From: an uncultured Gemmatimonadales bacterium
Lineage (GTDB): Bacteria > Gemmatimonadota > Gemmatimonadetes > Gemmatimonadales > Gemmatimonadaceae
NCBI GenBank assembly: GCA_963850905.1
Contig: CAWKMU010000005.1
Coordinates: 1 to 42,128, forward strand
Length of the DNA: 42,128 bases
Reading direction: 5' to 3'
A model generated the notes under the pieces. That model saw nothing but the letters and a program-made list of their open reading frames with translations. It did no database searches and was not told the DNA's origin. Made by a program: the position numbers and the translations under genes. Of the stretch, positions 28,345 to 39,447 are shown piece after piece (positions within the stretch are counted from its first letter, which is position 1; the number at the start of each line of letters is the position of its first letter).

Positions 28345-30771
28345 CCATGCGGCGACCGTCGGATTCGGGGTTCTCCATAGGGTAGGCGCGCATCGCAGTC
28401 TCTACCTCAGCAATGCGTCGTTTCGTTCGCACCACCGCGTCAGCGTTGAGGCTGACGGATTCGATACCGCGCTCGACGAGGAATGCAGCGAAGTCAGGAT
28501 AGTCCGACGGGGCTTGCCCACAGATCCCCACGGGACGGCCGGCTCGGTGCGCGGCTTCCAATAGGTGGGCGCACGCCCAGCGCACCGCGTCATTTCGCTC
28601 GTCGAAGAGCGCCGCAACCTGGGTCGAATCGCGGTCCACTCCGAGAATGAGCTGCGTCAGATCGTTGGATCCGATCGAGAAGCCGTCGAACAGTTCTGCG
28701 AACTGCTCTGCCAGGATCACATTCGACGGAATCTCGGCCATCACGTATACCTCGAGTCCGTTCACGCCACGTTCGAGCCCGCCCTCGCGCATCACGGCCA
28801 GCACATCTGCCCCCTCCCGTGGTGTTCGACAGAATGGGATCATCACCTTGAGGTTCGTGAGGCCAATGGTCTCACGCACGCGACGAACGGCTGCCACCTC
28901 GAGGAGGAAGCCTTCCTTATAGTCGGGGTGGTAGTACCGACTTGCACCGCGCCAGCCAAGCATCGGATTCTCTTCTGTCTTTTCGAACATCGCGCCCCCG
29001 ATGAGGTGCGCGTACTCGTTCGTTTTGAAGTCCGAAAATCGCAAGATCACGGGGCGCGGGAAGAAGGCGGCGGCCAGCGTCGCAATGCCCTGCGCCAGCG
29101 TGTCCACGAAATACTCGCGTTTATCCGCATATCTGGCGGTCACCGCATCGACTTCCGTCTTCGCCGCCTGAGGAAGGCTCGTGTAACGGGTCAGCGCCAA
29201 GGGATGTACACGGACCCAGCTCGCGAAGATGAACTCCATCCGCGCCAGCCCCACGCCATCGTTGGGAAGAAGTGCCAGCTTGAATGCCTGCTCGGGATCG
29301 CCGACGTTGAGCATGACTTTCGTGCGAGTCTTCGGCAGCGTGGTGGGGTCAATGTCCTCGGTCCGGAACTCGAGGATCCCGTCGTAGACATACCCAATGT
29401 CGCCCTCCGCGCAGGAGACCGTCACCGCGCGACCTGTCGTTAACGTGCAAGTGCGCTCGCAGCACCGACGACCGCGGGGATGCCGAGCTCCCTCGCCACA
29501 ATCGCGGCGTGGGAGGTGCGCCCACCCCGGGCCGTCACAACAGCACGCGCTTGCTTGAGGATGGGCTCCCAGTCCGGGTTTGTTGATTCAGTGACCAGGA
29601 CTTCGCCCGGACGAAAGCTCTCCATTTGTGCCGGATCTTGAATGACACGGACATCGCCTGTGGCGACTTGCTCTCCGACTGCGAGCCCCTGGACCAGTAC
29701 TGAGCTGCGCTGGGTCAACTCATAGAGCTTGATCGTTGGCGAGCGCTTCGCGCTGTGCACGGTCTCGGGTCGGGCCTGCACAAGGTAGAGCGAGCCGTCG
29801 GGGCCGTCCTTCGCAAATTCCAGATCCATGGGTGTTGGTTGGCCCCGTGCGCGGGTGTAGTGGTCCTCGACCGCGAGTGCCCACTGCGCAAGTTGCAGCA
29901 CCTCGTCGTCCGAGAGTGCGAGGCGATCCCGGTCGGCGGCGGACACCGGCACGTTCTCATGCTCGCGCGTCGCGGGATCGTACACGAGGCGGAGCTCCTT
30001 ACTGCCTACGGTGCGTCGGAGGATCGGCCGATAGCCCGCGCGCAGCGTCGGCTTGTGCACGTAATACTCATCGGGCCGAACTCGGCCCTGGACGATATTC
30101 TCGCCGAGTCCGTAGATGGCGTCGATCTGTACGACGTCCCGAAAACCCGTCTCGGTATCGAGCGTGAAGATCACCCCAGAGACCGCCGCGTCGCTTCGCA
30201 GCATCCGCTGGATGCCGACCGATAGGCCAACGTGTTCCTCCGAGAACCCCATGTCGCGCCGGTATCGAATCGCGCGCGGTGTGTAGAGGCTCGCGAAACA
30301 TCGTTTCACGCTCACGAGCAGCTCATCTTCGCCACGGACGTTCAAATAGGTCTCGTGCGCGCCGGCAAAGCTGGCGCCGGGCAGGTCTTCCGTCGTGGCG
30401 GACGAGCGGACAGCAACCTGTAGATCTGACGAGGCAGAGCGGCGGGCCAACTCTCGATAGCAATCACGGATCTCCGCCTCCAGATCGGCGGGCAGCCGGC
30501 CCGACATCATGAGCGCTCGCGCGGCACGACTGCACTCTTCGAGAGCGGACACATCGCTGCCTGCGCGCGTTAGTGCCGTTGCGATCGGGGCCTCGAGGCC
30601 GTTTGCACGCACGAAGTAACGGAACGCGTCGACGGTGACGGCGAATCCGTCCGGAACCGGAACCCCCGCTCTGTGCAATTCGGTCAGCATCTCCCCAAGA
30701 GAGGCGTTCTTGCCGCCGACCAGCGCGACGTCACCAATACCGACCTCCGTAAACCAGCGCATCCATTGCAT
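28307..30771 (-). CDS. ppsA: Phosphoenolpyruvate synthase (one missing base near 29446 as sequenced)
   Basis: VGGKNASLGEM, VAVRSSA.TEDLP.ASFAG, GGRTSHAAIVARE, EENPMLGWRG, SIGSNDLTQ and GICGQAPSD. Split into ORFs 29440-30771 and 28307-29425. Confidence 0.93.
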
Positions 30772-30854
30772 TGATCTACCCTCTCGGCGAAAATCCCGTA
30801 TCTCATGAAGATTGGTTCGCTACCCAAACGATCACTGGCACGACCGGGATGCGG

Positions 30855-30919
30855 GGTCAGGCACCGTGCCGTCCGCGTGTCGGAAAAGCCGATCGGTAGT
30901 CGTCGGCCTTTACCTGACA
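30855..30919. promoter_or_regulatory. Operator array between divergent ppsA and pfkA
   Basis: CGTCGG-cctttac-CTGACA (30901-30919). Left half-sites TGTCGG (30878) and GGTCAG (30855) recur every 23 bp. Confidence 0.75.
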
Positions 30920-31049
30920 GCGGAGAGCGCGGTCCGCCGACTGCCGCCAATGCTGTAGAGGGGCATCGTACATCTCGAATGCGCGCCGGCCGGTCGACCG
31001 ATCCCGGGCCAGTGAGTTGAATGCAGCACAGAGCCGCTCGGGAGGAGTA

Positions 31050-32039
31050 ATGACGCAACCGGGTGCAGTCGTGCGCGTGGCGGTCGTCACAAGTGGTGGC
31101 GATGCGCCGGGGCTTAACGCTGCCATCCGAGCCGTCGTTCGGACCGGGGTTGCGCGCGGTTGGGCAATGGTGGGCGTCCGTCATGGCTACGCGGGCCTCT
31201 CGGAGGGCGACTTTGTGTCCCTCGGCACACGCAATGTCGGCGGCATCATCCAGCGTGGCGGGACGATACTCGGCAGTCGTCGCTGGGCAGCGTTCAAGGA
31301 AGCGCGCGCCCAGGACGACGCGATCGAGTTTCTCGAGACACGCCGCGTCAATGCGCTCGTCGTCATCGGTGGCGACGGCTCTCAAGCGGGGGCGCTGGCG
31401 CTGGCGAAGAAAGGCGTCTCCGTGGTGGGCATTGCATCGACAATCGACAACGACCTGGTCGGGTCGGATATCACGATCGGTGTCGACACCGCGCTCAATG
31501 TCGCGCTCGAAGCCATCGACCGGATCAAGGTGATGGCCTCGTCGCACGAGCGCGCGTTCCTCATCGAGGTAATGGGACGCGCGTGTGGATATCTCGCACT
31601 GATGGCTGGTATCGCGGGCGGAGCCGAAGCGATCGTGCTGCCCGAGCAGAATGTCGACCCTGAAGAGATCGCTTCAGAACTTCGCGCTGCGTATACAATG
31701 GGCAAAGCGCACGCAATCGCCGTCGTCGCTGAGGGCGCGCGGTACAACGCGGAGGGACTGACGAGATATTTTCACGAGCACCGCGAGCGCCTCGGCTTCG
31801 AGCTGAGAGATATCAAACTCGGACACGTCCAGCGCGGCGGTTCGCCGGGGGCCTTCGATCGCTTGCTCGCCACGCGCTTTGGTGCTGCCGCAACCGATCA
31901 CATCGCACGTGGGTGTTTCGGCGTGCTCATTGGACTGACGAACAATGAGATATCGGCCACGCCACTCGCGGAAGTGGCGGGTCGCCGCAAACAACTCGAT
32001 CCCTGCCTCATGGCGCTGGCCCGAACACTGGCGACCTAG
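31050..32039 (+). CDS. pfkA: ATP-dependent 6-phosphofructokinase
   Basis: TSGGDAPGLNAAIR, GGTILGS, IGGDGS, TIDND, EVMGR and LGHVQRGG motifs. SD GGAGGAG. Confidence 0.93.
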   Translation: MTQPGAVVRVAVVTSGGDAPGLNAAIRAVVRTGVARGWAMVGVRHGYAGLSEGDFVSLGTRNVGGIIQRGGTILGSRRWAAFKEARAQDDAIEFLETRRVNALVVIGGDGSQAGALALAKKGVSVVGIASTIDNDLVGSDITIGVDTALNVALEAIDRIKVMASSHERAFLIEVMGRACGYLALMAGIAGGAEAIVLPEQNVDPEEIASELRAAYTMGKAHAIAVVAEGARYNAEGLTRYFHEHRERLGFELRDIKLGHVQRGGSPGAFDRLLATRFGAAATDHIARGCFGVLIGLTNNEISATPLAEVAGRRKQLDPCLMALARTLAT

Positions 32040-32120
32040 CTTCACGCCGGACGCTGGGCAACGAACGTCGAGAGCCTCGGCTACGAGGCGTAGTGGATTC
32101 ATCTCGTTCGCTGGGGCGCT

Positions 32121-33854
32121 CTATCTCTCCGCCGCGTCGCTCGACTGCCCGGCGAGCGCTACTGCGACAACGTGCGGCGGGGAGTGAGAGGGGATGGGCC
32201 CATGCTTCGGGACCTCACCGACTGGCGGGAGGTTCAGCGCGCGCTGCAGCAGCCCATCATGGCCATACAGGTCCGCATAGAAATGGGGTATGTCGTCATC
32301 GTCCACGACCACCGTGCTGTAGAAGACGTATACCTCGACGGGCGGCTCAACGGGGACGTGCACCGTCGTTGCTCCGTGCATGGCCGCGTCGATGCGGGCG
32401 GGGGTCCATCGCTCCCCGCTCGCCAGCACAAAGGCCGCCAGGTCGGCAGGATCCTCGAGACGGATACAGCCGTGGCTAAAGTCACGCCGGGCGCGGGCGA
32501 AGAGCTCTTGTTCGGGCGTCCCGTGTAGGTAGACATCATAGTCGTTTGGGAAGACGAACTTGACCTGACCCAGCGCATTCCGAGGCCCGGGTCGCTGGCG
32601 CAAACGGTAGCCTCCCGAACCTACGCGCTTCAGGTTTTCGGCGGTCGGTGAATCCGGCACTGCGTCGTCACCTCCACCACGGACGATCTCGTACCCCTCT
32701 CGTTCGAAATCCAGCGGATGGCGCAACAGACGCGGGACGAGCTCGGATCGCGCAATGTGTGGAGGCACGTCCCAATAGGGCATGAATACAACGTCCTGCA
32801 TCGCACCAGCGAATACCGGCGTTTGATGGCCGTGGGACTGGCCCACAATCGCATCCATAGCCAGCACGGGGTGCGCAGCCCGTGGATCGTCCTCGAAGGC
32901 ATACAGGCGGAACGCCGGGATGTTGATCACAATGTACCGCGCTGGCGGTTGGCTCGGCAGCCAGCGCCATCGCTCGAGCGCCAGCTCGATCTGTCGAACG
33001 CGGACATTCATTGGAACGCGCAGAGTTGCCATCGTGGCCGCGTCGAGGATACCCGTCGCGTCCAAACCGTGCCGGCGTTGAAATCGCGTCACGGCGCTGA
33101 CTAGGGGCCCCACGTAGAGATCATCCGAGCTCCCCATGGGACCCACGGCGACATCAACGGGTAAGTCGCCAGTTGCCTCGAGCAGGCGATAGAGCGCAGG
33201 CATATCTCCGTATCGGTCGCCGGGGCGGATCGTCCGGCCAACTGGAAGCGGGGGTCGTAACTCCGAGTCAGCAGCAAGCGCACGGTACTGGCGAAGCAAG
33301 CGCTCGAGTGCCGCGTACCCTGCATATCGTGGCTCGACCTTCGACATGTCCGCCCACACGTCGGTTCCGTTGGCGACCGCACGCACCGCGGCATCAATGT
33401 CAATGCCGTCATGCGGCAATGGTAGATGGAATCCCAGAGAATTAGGATCGGCGCGACCCGAATGCAAGGCGAGAAGGACGCGCCTTACCGTCTCTGACAT
33501 CAAGAAATCGAAGTGTACTAAGTCGCTATCAGAGGCTGGCCGATTGAGCTCCAATGCGGTGGCCTCGGCGCCGAGCGCGCCGGGATCGTAATCGCCGGGC
33601 ACCAGCCCCTTCTCGTCTAAGTGGGTAAGGGCTCGGATGACATCGAGCGCCTCGCGTGTGGGGCGACCGGCGTACGTCCAGAGCCAGACAGGATCAATAG
33701 GACGCGTGAGGCCAGGCGCCTGCGAGGTTGGACGCTGGACGTTAGACGTTAAACCTTGGACGGTGGACGCTGGACAGTGCACGTTGGACGCGGCGGCCCT
33801 GCTGCCGGCAGCGACATACGACAGCACGGCCACACAGAATCGCCACCACATCAT
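32121..33854 (-). CDS. L,D-transpeptidase, YcbB/LdtD-like, with peptidoglycan-binding domain (start may be 33899)
   Basis: FQRRHGL..TG, LERWRWLP, INIPAF, RQRPGPRNALG.VKF.FPN and YLHGTP...SHGCIR motifs. Signal peptide present. Confidence 0.9.
   Translation of the reverse strand: MMWWRFCVAVLSYVAAGSRAAASNVHCPASTVQGLTSNVQRPTSQAPGLTRPIDPVWLWTYAGRPTREALDVIRALTHLDEKGLVPGDYDPGALGAEATALELNRPASDSDLVHFDFLMSETVRRVLLALHSGRADPNSLGFHLPLPHDGIDIDAAVRAVANGTDVWADMSKVEPRYAGYAALERLLRQYRALAADSELRPPLPVGRTIRPGDRYGDMPALYRLLEATGDLPVDVAVGPMGSSDDLYVGPLVSAVTRFQRRHGLDATGILDAATMATLRVPMNVRVRQIELALERWRWLPSQPPARYIVINIPAFRLYAFEDDPRAAHPVLAMDAIVGQSHGHQTPVFAGAMQDVVFMPYWDVPPHIARSELVPRLLRHPLDFEREGYEIVRGGGDDAVPDSPTAENLKRVGSGGYRLRQRPGPRNALGQVKFVFPNDYDVYLHGTPEQELFARARRDFSHGCIRLEDPADLAAFVLASGERWTPARIDAAMHGATTVHVPVEPPVEVYVFYSTVVVDDDDIPHFYADLYGHDGLLQRALNLPPVGEVPKHGPIPSHSPPHVVAVALAGQSSDAAER
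33728..33790 (-). repeat. Heptamer tandem repeat x9 inside the L,D-transpeptidase coding sequence
   Basis: ttggacg ctggacg ttagacg ttaaacc ttggacg gtggacg ctggaca gtgcacg ttggacg = 63 nt. Confidence 0.85.
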
Positions 33855-34047
33855 GCTCCGTCGCCATGCCGCAGAGGGTGGCAGTTGCAGTACTTGCATA
33901 TCTTTGCCTGTCCCGATCCAGTGGTCGCGGTTCGCGTGGTGACATCGAGTGCGGTAAGGTTGATCGCTCGTGCGACCACAGAGAGTCAGGTGAGTCCGGC
34001 TGTGCTGCGCGACAATCCCTGACATCGCACGGAAGGGGGGGTGACGG

Positions 34048-35904
34048 TCAGCCTGCGGTGCGAGCCGGTGCGCTACTGATTGCCGGCAGCTGGTCGCGAG
34101 TCAGAGACTCTCGCTCCCGCAATAACTCAGCGCCGTGGTCAAGCGCCCGGCGATTCTCTCGGAGGATAATCAGTGCGCGCTCGAGAGCACGCTCCAACAG
34201 TGCGCGCACTGCTGACTCGATATCGCGCGCTGTCTCATCGCTGTAGGGCCCCCCGTCGATCCGGGCGTAGACGTTTGGCTCGAGCAGGGAGGAAGGCTCC
34301 TGGCCATAGACGACATTTCCGACTTTGGCGTCCATCCCGTATTGGGTTACCATCTCACGAGCGAGCCCCGTCGCGTGCGCGAGATCATCCGCCGCGCCAG
34401 TTGACAGCTCACCGAACACCAGCAGCTCCGCTGCGCGGCCGCCGAGCATCACCGTGAGCCTGCCCTCGAGGTCGTGCTCGGTCGCGATGTAGCGCTCTTC
34501 GGCGGGCCGTTGCAACGTGTATCCGAGCGCACTCTGTCCGTGTGGAATGATCGAGACCTTTTGTACCGGATCGGCGCCAGGTGTTGCGAGGGCGACGAGG
34601 GCGTGCCCCATTTCGTGGTAGGCCGTGATCTCGCGCTCTCGCGGACTCAAGACATGACTGCTCCTGGCCAGTCCAGCCACGATGCGTTCTACCGCCACGG
34701 TGACATCTTGCAGAGTGACACTATCCGCGCCGCGTCGCGTCGCGGTCAACGCTGCCTCATTGACGAGATTGGCGAGGTCCGCCCCAGTGAAGCCCGGCGT
34801 AAGCGCCGCGACCTGGTCGAGCTCGAGGTCGGGCGCGACCCGGACCCCTTTGATGTGCACCTGCAGAATCTGAACGCGTCCGGTTCGATCTGGGCGATCG
34901 ACCATGATCTGCCGGTCGAATCGTCCCGCCCGCAGGAGCGCCGGATCGAGAATCTCGGGCCGGTTGGTCGCGGCCAGTAAGACGACGCCGCTCCCGGGAT
35001 CGAAGCCATCGAGCTCCGCGAGGAGCTGATTTAAGGTTTGCTCCTTCTCGTCGTTAGCGCCGCCCACGGTACTGGCTCCACGAGAACGACCGAGTGCATC
35101 AACTTCGTCGATGAAGACGATGCACGGCGCGCTGCGGCGAGCCTGTGCAAACAGATCGCGCACGCGTGCCGCCCCGACACCAACGAAGAGCTCGACGAAC
35201 TCGGAGCCGTTGATGGAGAAGAACGGCACGCCGGCCTGACCGGCGACCGCACGGGCGAGCAGGGTCTTCCCGGTTCCCGGCGGACCCACGAGGAGAAGGC
35301 CTTTCGGCATTCGCGCGCCGAGGCGGCCAAAGCTTTTCGGGTCGCGCAGAAACTCGACCACTTCCTTGAGCTCCGCTTTTGCCTCATCGACGCCGGCCAC
35401 ATCGTCGAATGTCACTTTGGTATGCTGCTCCGCGTAGACCCGTGCGCGACTCTTGCCAAATCTTGTCGCCTCCGCGGCCGGTGTGGCCACCGAACGACGC
35501 ATGATGAGGAGGTCAATGCCTAATGCGAGCAGTAGGGGGAGTACGGTGAACAGCGACTCCAGCCAGCTACTCTTGGGGCCGGCGCTGAATGTGACGTTGT
35601 GCGCGCGCAAGCGGTCGGCGATCGCCGGGTCGACACGCTCGGTGACGAACGTCGACTCGCCCTCGGGGCCAGGTCTCGTGAACGTTCCTCGCAGCTCCGT
35701 CTCGTCGACTTCGACACGCGCGATCCGCCCAGAGTCCAGGGCCGCGACAAAAGCGCTGTACGGGATCCGCTGTACGGCATGATCCGACTCTGATGGCCAC
35801 AGGAGCATCATGACCACCCCGACCACTACCAGCCAACCCGCTGCTTTTGCGGCGGACAGCAACCTGTGATTGGGAGGACCGTTCGCTTCCGATCTGTTGG
35901 CCAT
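34048..35904 (-). CDS. ftsH: ATP-dependent zinc metalloprotease FtsH (probably an accessory paralog)
   Basis: Two TM helices, [34 protein letters not shown] and HEMGH zinc motif. Confidence 0.95.
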   Translation of the reverse strand: MANRSEANGPPNHRLLSAAKAAGWLVVVGVVMMLLWPSESDHAVQRIPYSAFVAALDSGRIARVEVDETELRGTFTRPGPEGESTFVTERVDPAIADRLRAHNVTFSAGPKSSWLESLFTVLPLLLALGIDLLIMRRSVATPAAEATRFGKSRARVYAEQHTKVTFDDVAGVDEAKAELKEVVEFLRDPKSFGRLGARMPKGLLLVGPPGTGKTLLARAVAGQAGVPFFSINGSEFVELFVGVGAARVRDLFAQARRSAPCIVFIDEVDALGRSRGASTVGGANDEKEQTLNQLLAELDGFDPGSGVVLLAATNRPEILDPALLRAGRFDRQIMVDRPDRTGRVQILQVHIKGVRVAPDLELDQVAALTPGFTGADLANLVNEAALTATRRGADSVTLQDVTVAVERIVAGLARSSHVLSPREREITAYHEMGHALVALATPGADPVQKVSIIPHGQSALGYTLQRPAEERYIATEHDLEGRLTVMLGGRAAELLVFGELSTGAADDLAHATGLAREMVTQYGMDAKVGNVVYGQEPSSLLEPNVYARIDGGPYSDETARDIESAVRALLERALERALIILRENRRALDHGAELLRERESLTRDQLPAISSAPARTAG

Positions 35905-36075
35905 GCTCGGCGCGCTCCGTTGGCTAGTGTCATCCTTGGTGCAGCTGTGTGCGTTCGAGCTCCGTAGTGCACCTTATGGCCGCGACGGGGCTTCGGCGCG
36001 GCTGTGAGTGTCATGGATATGACCTACCTCAGCGAGACGCAATGGTCAAAGCTCGGCCGCGGGTCGTTTCGCGTC

Positions 36076-36116
36076 TGTCAGGATCAAGTCGCTTCACTGT
36101 CCGCATTTCGCCGACA
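36076..36116. promoter_or_regulatory. Operator plus half-site upstream of ftsH
   Basis: TGTCCG-catttcg-CCGACA (36098-36116). TGTCAG half-site at 36076, offset 22 bp. Confidence 0.65.
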
Positions 36117-36498
36117 GGACACGGGCGTGAGTGCGATGCGCTGCACGGGGTTGCAACCGGCGCAGAGGCCGACGCTCAACAGGTCCGATCTCTAGGAGGC
36201 TCGCTCAGCTATATGCGTGGGGGCTTCGGACAGGTCACTGGTTCGTTCGAGCTCGCCTTGCGCGGCGCTCGTCTGGGATTCGTTCAGGGGTGGCGAGCCT
36301 GCGTTCTCGTTCTTGCAGGAGGCGCCGCTCGAATGTGTCGGAGTTGCTTGCTGGTCGGCATCATTGTCCCGTGTGACTTGAAGTGTGTTTCGCCAGCGCC
36401 ATTGAAGTCCGTGTCCAGTGGATCGCAAATGGTTTCAGGACTGCCACCAATGTCGACACGTGCCGCAGCCGCACAGTCGGGGACTACCACCGCCGCTC

Positions 36499-36517
36499 TG
36501 TCGGATGAGTCCTCACA
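36499..36517. promoter_or_regulatory. Operator upstream of a small membrane-protein ORF
   Basis: TGTCGG-atgagtc-CTCACA, one mismatch to consensus. Confidence 0.6.
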
Positions 36518-36597
36518 CAGCCCGGGGGAGTACCCAATGGAACACCGGACCCATCGAGAGAGATTGGGGCATACGAGTCGCTCTCGATCCTCTCTCC

Positions 36598-36834
36598 ATG
36601 GAATTGCCAATGCCCACCCGTCATCACCGCGCTTCCGCGCACTCGGCCGTCGAAGGGTCGCATGTGCATCCAGTCTGGCTGATTGTTGTTCTCATCGTGC
36701 TGTTGCTCCTTGCGCTCTTGGCCGCGCGGACCATCGTCGGCAAGCCGCACACGTCAAACACGACAAGTGACCATCGGACTGACGGGCGCTCCTCCGAGAT
36801 CGAAAGGTCGAGAGTTGCTCGACCTCGTGCGTGA
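36598..36834 (+). CDS. Small single-TM hypothetical protein (start uncertain)
   Basis: VWLIVVLIVLLLLALLAARTIV hydrophobic helix. Operator box about 80 bp upstream. Confidence 0.5.
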   Translation: MELPMPTRHHRASAHSAVEGSHVHPVWLIVVLIVLLLLALLAARTIVGKPHTSNTTSDHRTDGRSSEIERSRVARPRA

Positions 36835-37044
36835 GGAACGGTGCACGAGCCACAACCGACGTCCCCGCGAGGCTCCGCGGCGATTGCGCTTCGCGTCTCG
36901 TCTACCATTTGGAGTCCCGGATGCCGAGCCGATAGGCGAGGTGGCTGACGACGATGTCCGCCACGAAGCTCGCGACCGCGCTATCTTCGCGTGGCGTGGG
37001 ACGATTCGGATGACGGGTGGTCGCGCGCGTCCGAGGTGGGCTGC

Positions 37045-38140
37045 TTACCTAAGTGTATACCTCAGGGTGACGGCGATCCCGCCGGCCTCCGCGTCCAGCA
37101 ACTCTGCCCCTCCGTCCGCTACCGATTCGACCGTCGCTCGCCCCTCGAACGCGGCGTGAATGGCTTGTTCCGCATCTGCGGGCGACCGCTCTATAAATCC
37201 CTTGCTGAGGAAGACGCGGGTGACCCGGCCCTCGTTCAGCGCTTGCAGAGTTGCGGCGGCGCCCCTCGCGGCGCGCCCGCCGGCACCTGCTACCTCGAGA
37301 GTGTCGCGAATCGCGGCGAGATCCTCCTCTCTGTGGAGGTCTCGGGCACCCGCGGAAGCCGCGCGCGTGATTTCCGGGGACGTCGCCCGAAGGCGTAAGT
37401 CGCTCAGTACGCGCGAGCGTCTTGCAGCGTGATGCGGCAACGCCGCTAACGCTTCATGAGCAGCCGTGGATGGTCCGCCTACCAGCAGCCATCCGTCCGG
37501 TCCGGCTAGTTCCGTCATCCGCGTGCTGAGCGCAGCCATCAGGCGGTGCCGACCAGCGAGGTGCTCCCGCTGCGCCTGGTCCGTATCCGTGCGACCGCGG
37601 GTGCCCTGATGGAAACCACGTTCAGATGCGGTACCCATGTGGGTGCCCGGCTCCGTGTGCGTCGGGGCGTGCAACGTCTCAACGTGCTCAGCGACGCCAT
37701 CTTGGTATCGATCAGATGTCCGCCTGGCGACTATCGACGATCGCCACAATGGCAGGACGCTCTTCCTTGAGGGCCGAGAGTAAAGGCGCAATGCGAATCC
37801 CCCTGCCCCATGAAATCAGCGTCGGCGTCCTGATCGGCAGGGAAGCGGCAAGGCACACGTGCTCGGCTTCGATATAGCCCACCCAACCGTGTGCCTCGAC
37901 GGTCCCGCCCATTTGAGCGATTTCCCGCTCGAGTCCGGCGAGCGCCCGATCGAGTGCCTCGCGCTCGCCGCGCGGCGCACCCTCATACGTCGTCCGGACG
38001 TCGCTGATTGCATGATCAACCCGCACGCGCCAACCGTGACGGGTGGCTGGATCCGCTGGAGCCTGCTCCAAGAACACGCTCAACAGTCGAGTCGAATGTA
38101 GCCTGCGCTCTAGCTCGACCAATGCCGTATACGTCAACAT
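37045..38140 (-). CDS. Bacterial archaeo-eukaryotic release factor (baeRF/eRF1-like) family protein, interrupted by TGA and a +1 shift at about 37713
   Basis: RLLSVFL...APLL...IVAIVDSRQADI N-half. The C-half has LLVGGP and an eRF1 domain-3-like GRAARG...TLQALNEGRV...GGIAVTLRY end. Confidence 0.75.
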
Positions 38141-38547
38141 TAGCACCTCACAGGCTCCGTTGAAGCGTGTTACTCCGTGCTACCGCGGAGCGATTCAGGT
38201 CATCCCGCCTCTTGTCGGACTCGGCGATCGCCCCGATGACCTTCGCAATCGACGACAGACGTTCCTCCCTGTGCGTCGCGGATCAACGTGCGGAGATCAG
38301 CAGATCGTACCCACCCGCATCCGTGGGCGCTCTATCTCTGCGACCAGTCAGCGCAAGAATATTCAGTGGAAGAACTCGGGGGCCAGGAGGGAATCGCCGA
38401 CGGTCGGCGCGGGATCGCCTGACGCCATACTTCACCGGATGGGTCGCGTGCAGCGCGTCGTAGCGATGTGGATGGCGGGGGATGAGGCCGTTTGGTCGAT
38501 GCAAATTCGACCACAATCCAAGCCGCAGGAGGATCGCGTCAGCAACC

Positions 38548-38593
38548 CGTCGGAGATCCCCTGACTGACATTATCGGATAGCGGGTCCACACT
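38548..38593 (+). promoter_or_regulatory. Operator overlapping a putative -35 of the nitroreductase promoter
   Basis: CGTCGG-agatccc-CTGACT (38548-38566). CTGACA (38565-70), 17-bp spacer, CACACT (38588-93). Confidence 0.7.
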
Positions 38594-38620
38594 GAGGCCT
38601 CACAACCACCGGAGCAATCG

Positions 38621-39271
38621 ATGGCCGCACTCACGATCGTGGAGACCACGCGCAACACTATCAGCCTCATAGACCTCGTTTACGGTCGACGAGCGGTCCG
38701 ATCGTACACGTCAAGGGCTGTTGATGAGCCGTTGCTGCGCGAGCTGCTGGATGTGGCGGTGCACGCCCCAACGGCTATGCATGAGGAACCGTGGCAGTTC
38801 GTGATCGTGCAGAACCGCGAGCTCTTGAGGCGGCTGTCGGATCGCGCCAAGGCAATGGCCAGCGAACAAGCGGTGAACCACGGTAATCTGCTCAAGCCAC
38901 CCGGTGCCGCCGGCGACGGGTTCGCGTCGCCACTTGGCGACCCGGAGTTCAACATCTTCTACAATGCCGGAACCTTGGTCATCATCTGCGCGCGGCAGAC
39001 GAGTGAGTTCGTGGCTGCGGATTGTTGGTTGGCCGCCGAGAACCTGATGCTCGTGGCATCGGCGGAAGGACTGGGCACGTGCTGCATTGGGTTTGCCGTA
39101 GCAGCGCTCAACGCGCCCGAGGTCAAAGCAGAGCTCGGCATTCCCGCGGACGTCCGCGCGTTCGCCCCGATCATCATCGGGGTGCCGCGCACACCTCCTG
39201 CGCCGAGTACTCGCAAGCCGCCCGTCCTATTGAACTGGATCCACGAAGCGACCGTGTTGCGTGGTTCCTAG
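38621..39271 (+). CDS. Nitroreductase family protein
   Basis: RRAVRSY, APTAMHEEPWQF, AAENLMLVASAEGLGTCCIG motifs. SD GGAG. Confidence 0.93.
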   Translation: MAALTIVETTRNTISLIDLVYGRRAVRSYTSRAVDEPLLRELLDVAVHAPTAMHEEPWQFVIVQNRELLRRLSDRAKAMASEQAVNHGNLLKPPGAAGDGFASPLGDPEFNIFYNAGTLVIICARQTSEFVAADCWLAAENLMLVASAEGLGTCCIGFAVAALNAPEVKAELGIPADVRAFAPIIIGVPRTPPAPSTRKPPVLLNWIHEATVLRGS

Positions 39272-39447
39272 CGCGGCGCCTACCCCACTCCCTACCCCGG
39301 CGCCGATCGCGGCGAGGTAGGGGTCTGGTTTGACCTTCGGGCCACCACCACCCCGACTCGGATGCGCAACCGTAATTACAGCGCTGAGTTCAAACTGCAG
39401 CTGGTTCGGGAGAAGGGGTGCGGATGCTGGTGGAATGAGCTCCGTAC

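Noticed and set aside
35949..36770. 273-aa ORF, and other long overlapping ORFs such as 1142-2077, 24454-25680 and 27021-27875
   Set aside because: No recognisable motifs. They span promoter boxes or are antisense shadows of real genes, as expected in GC-rich DNA.
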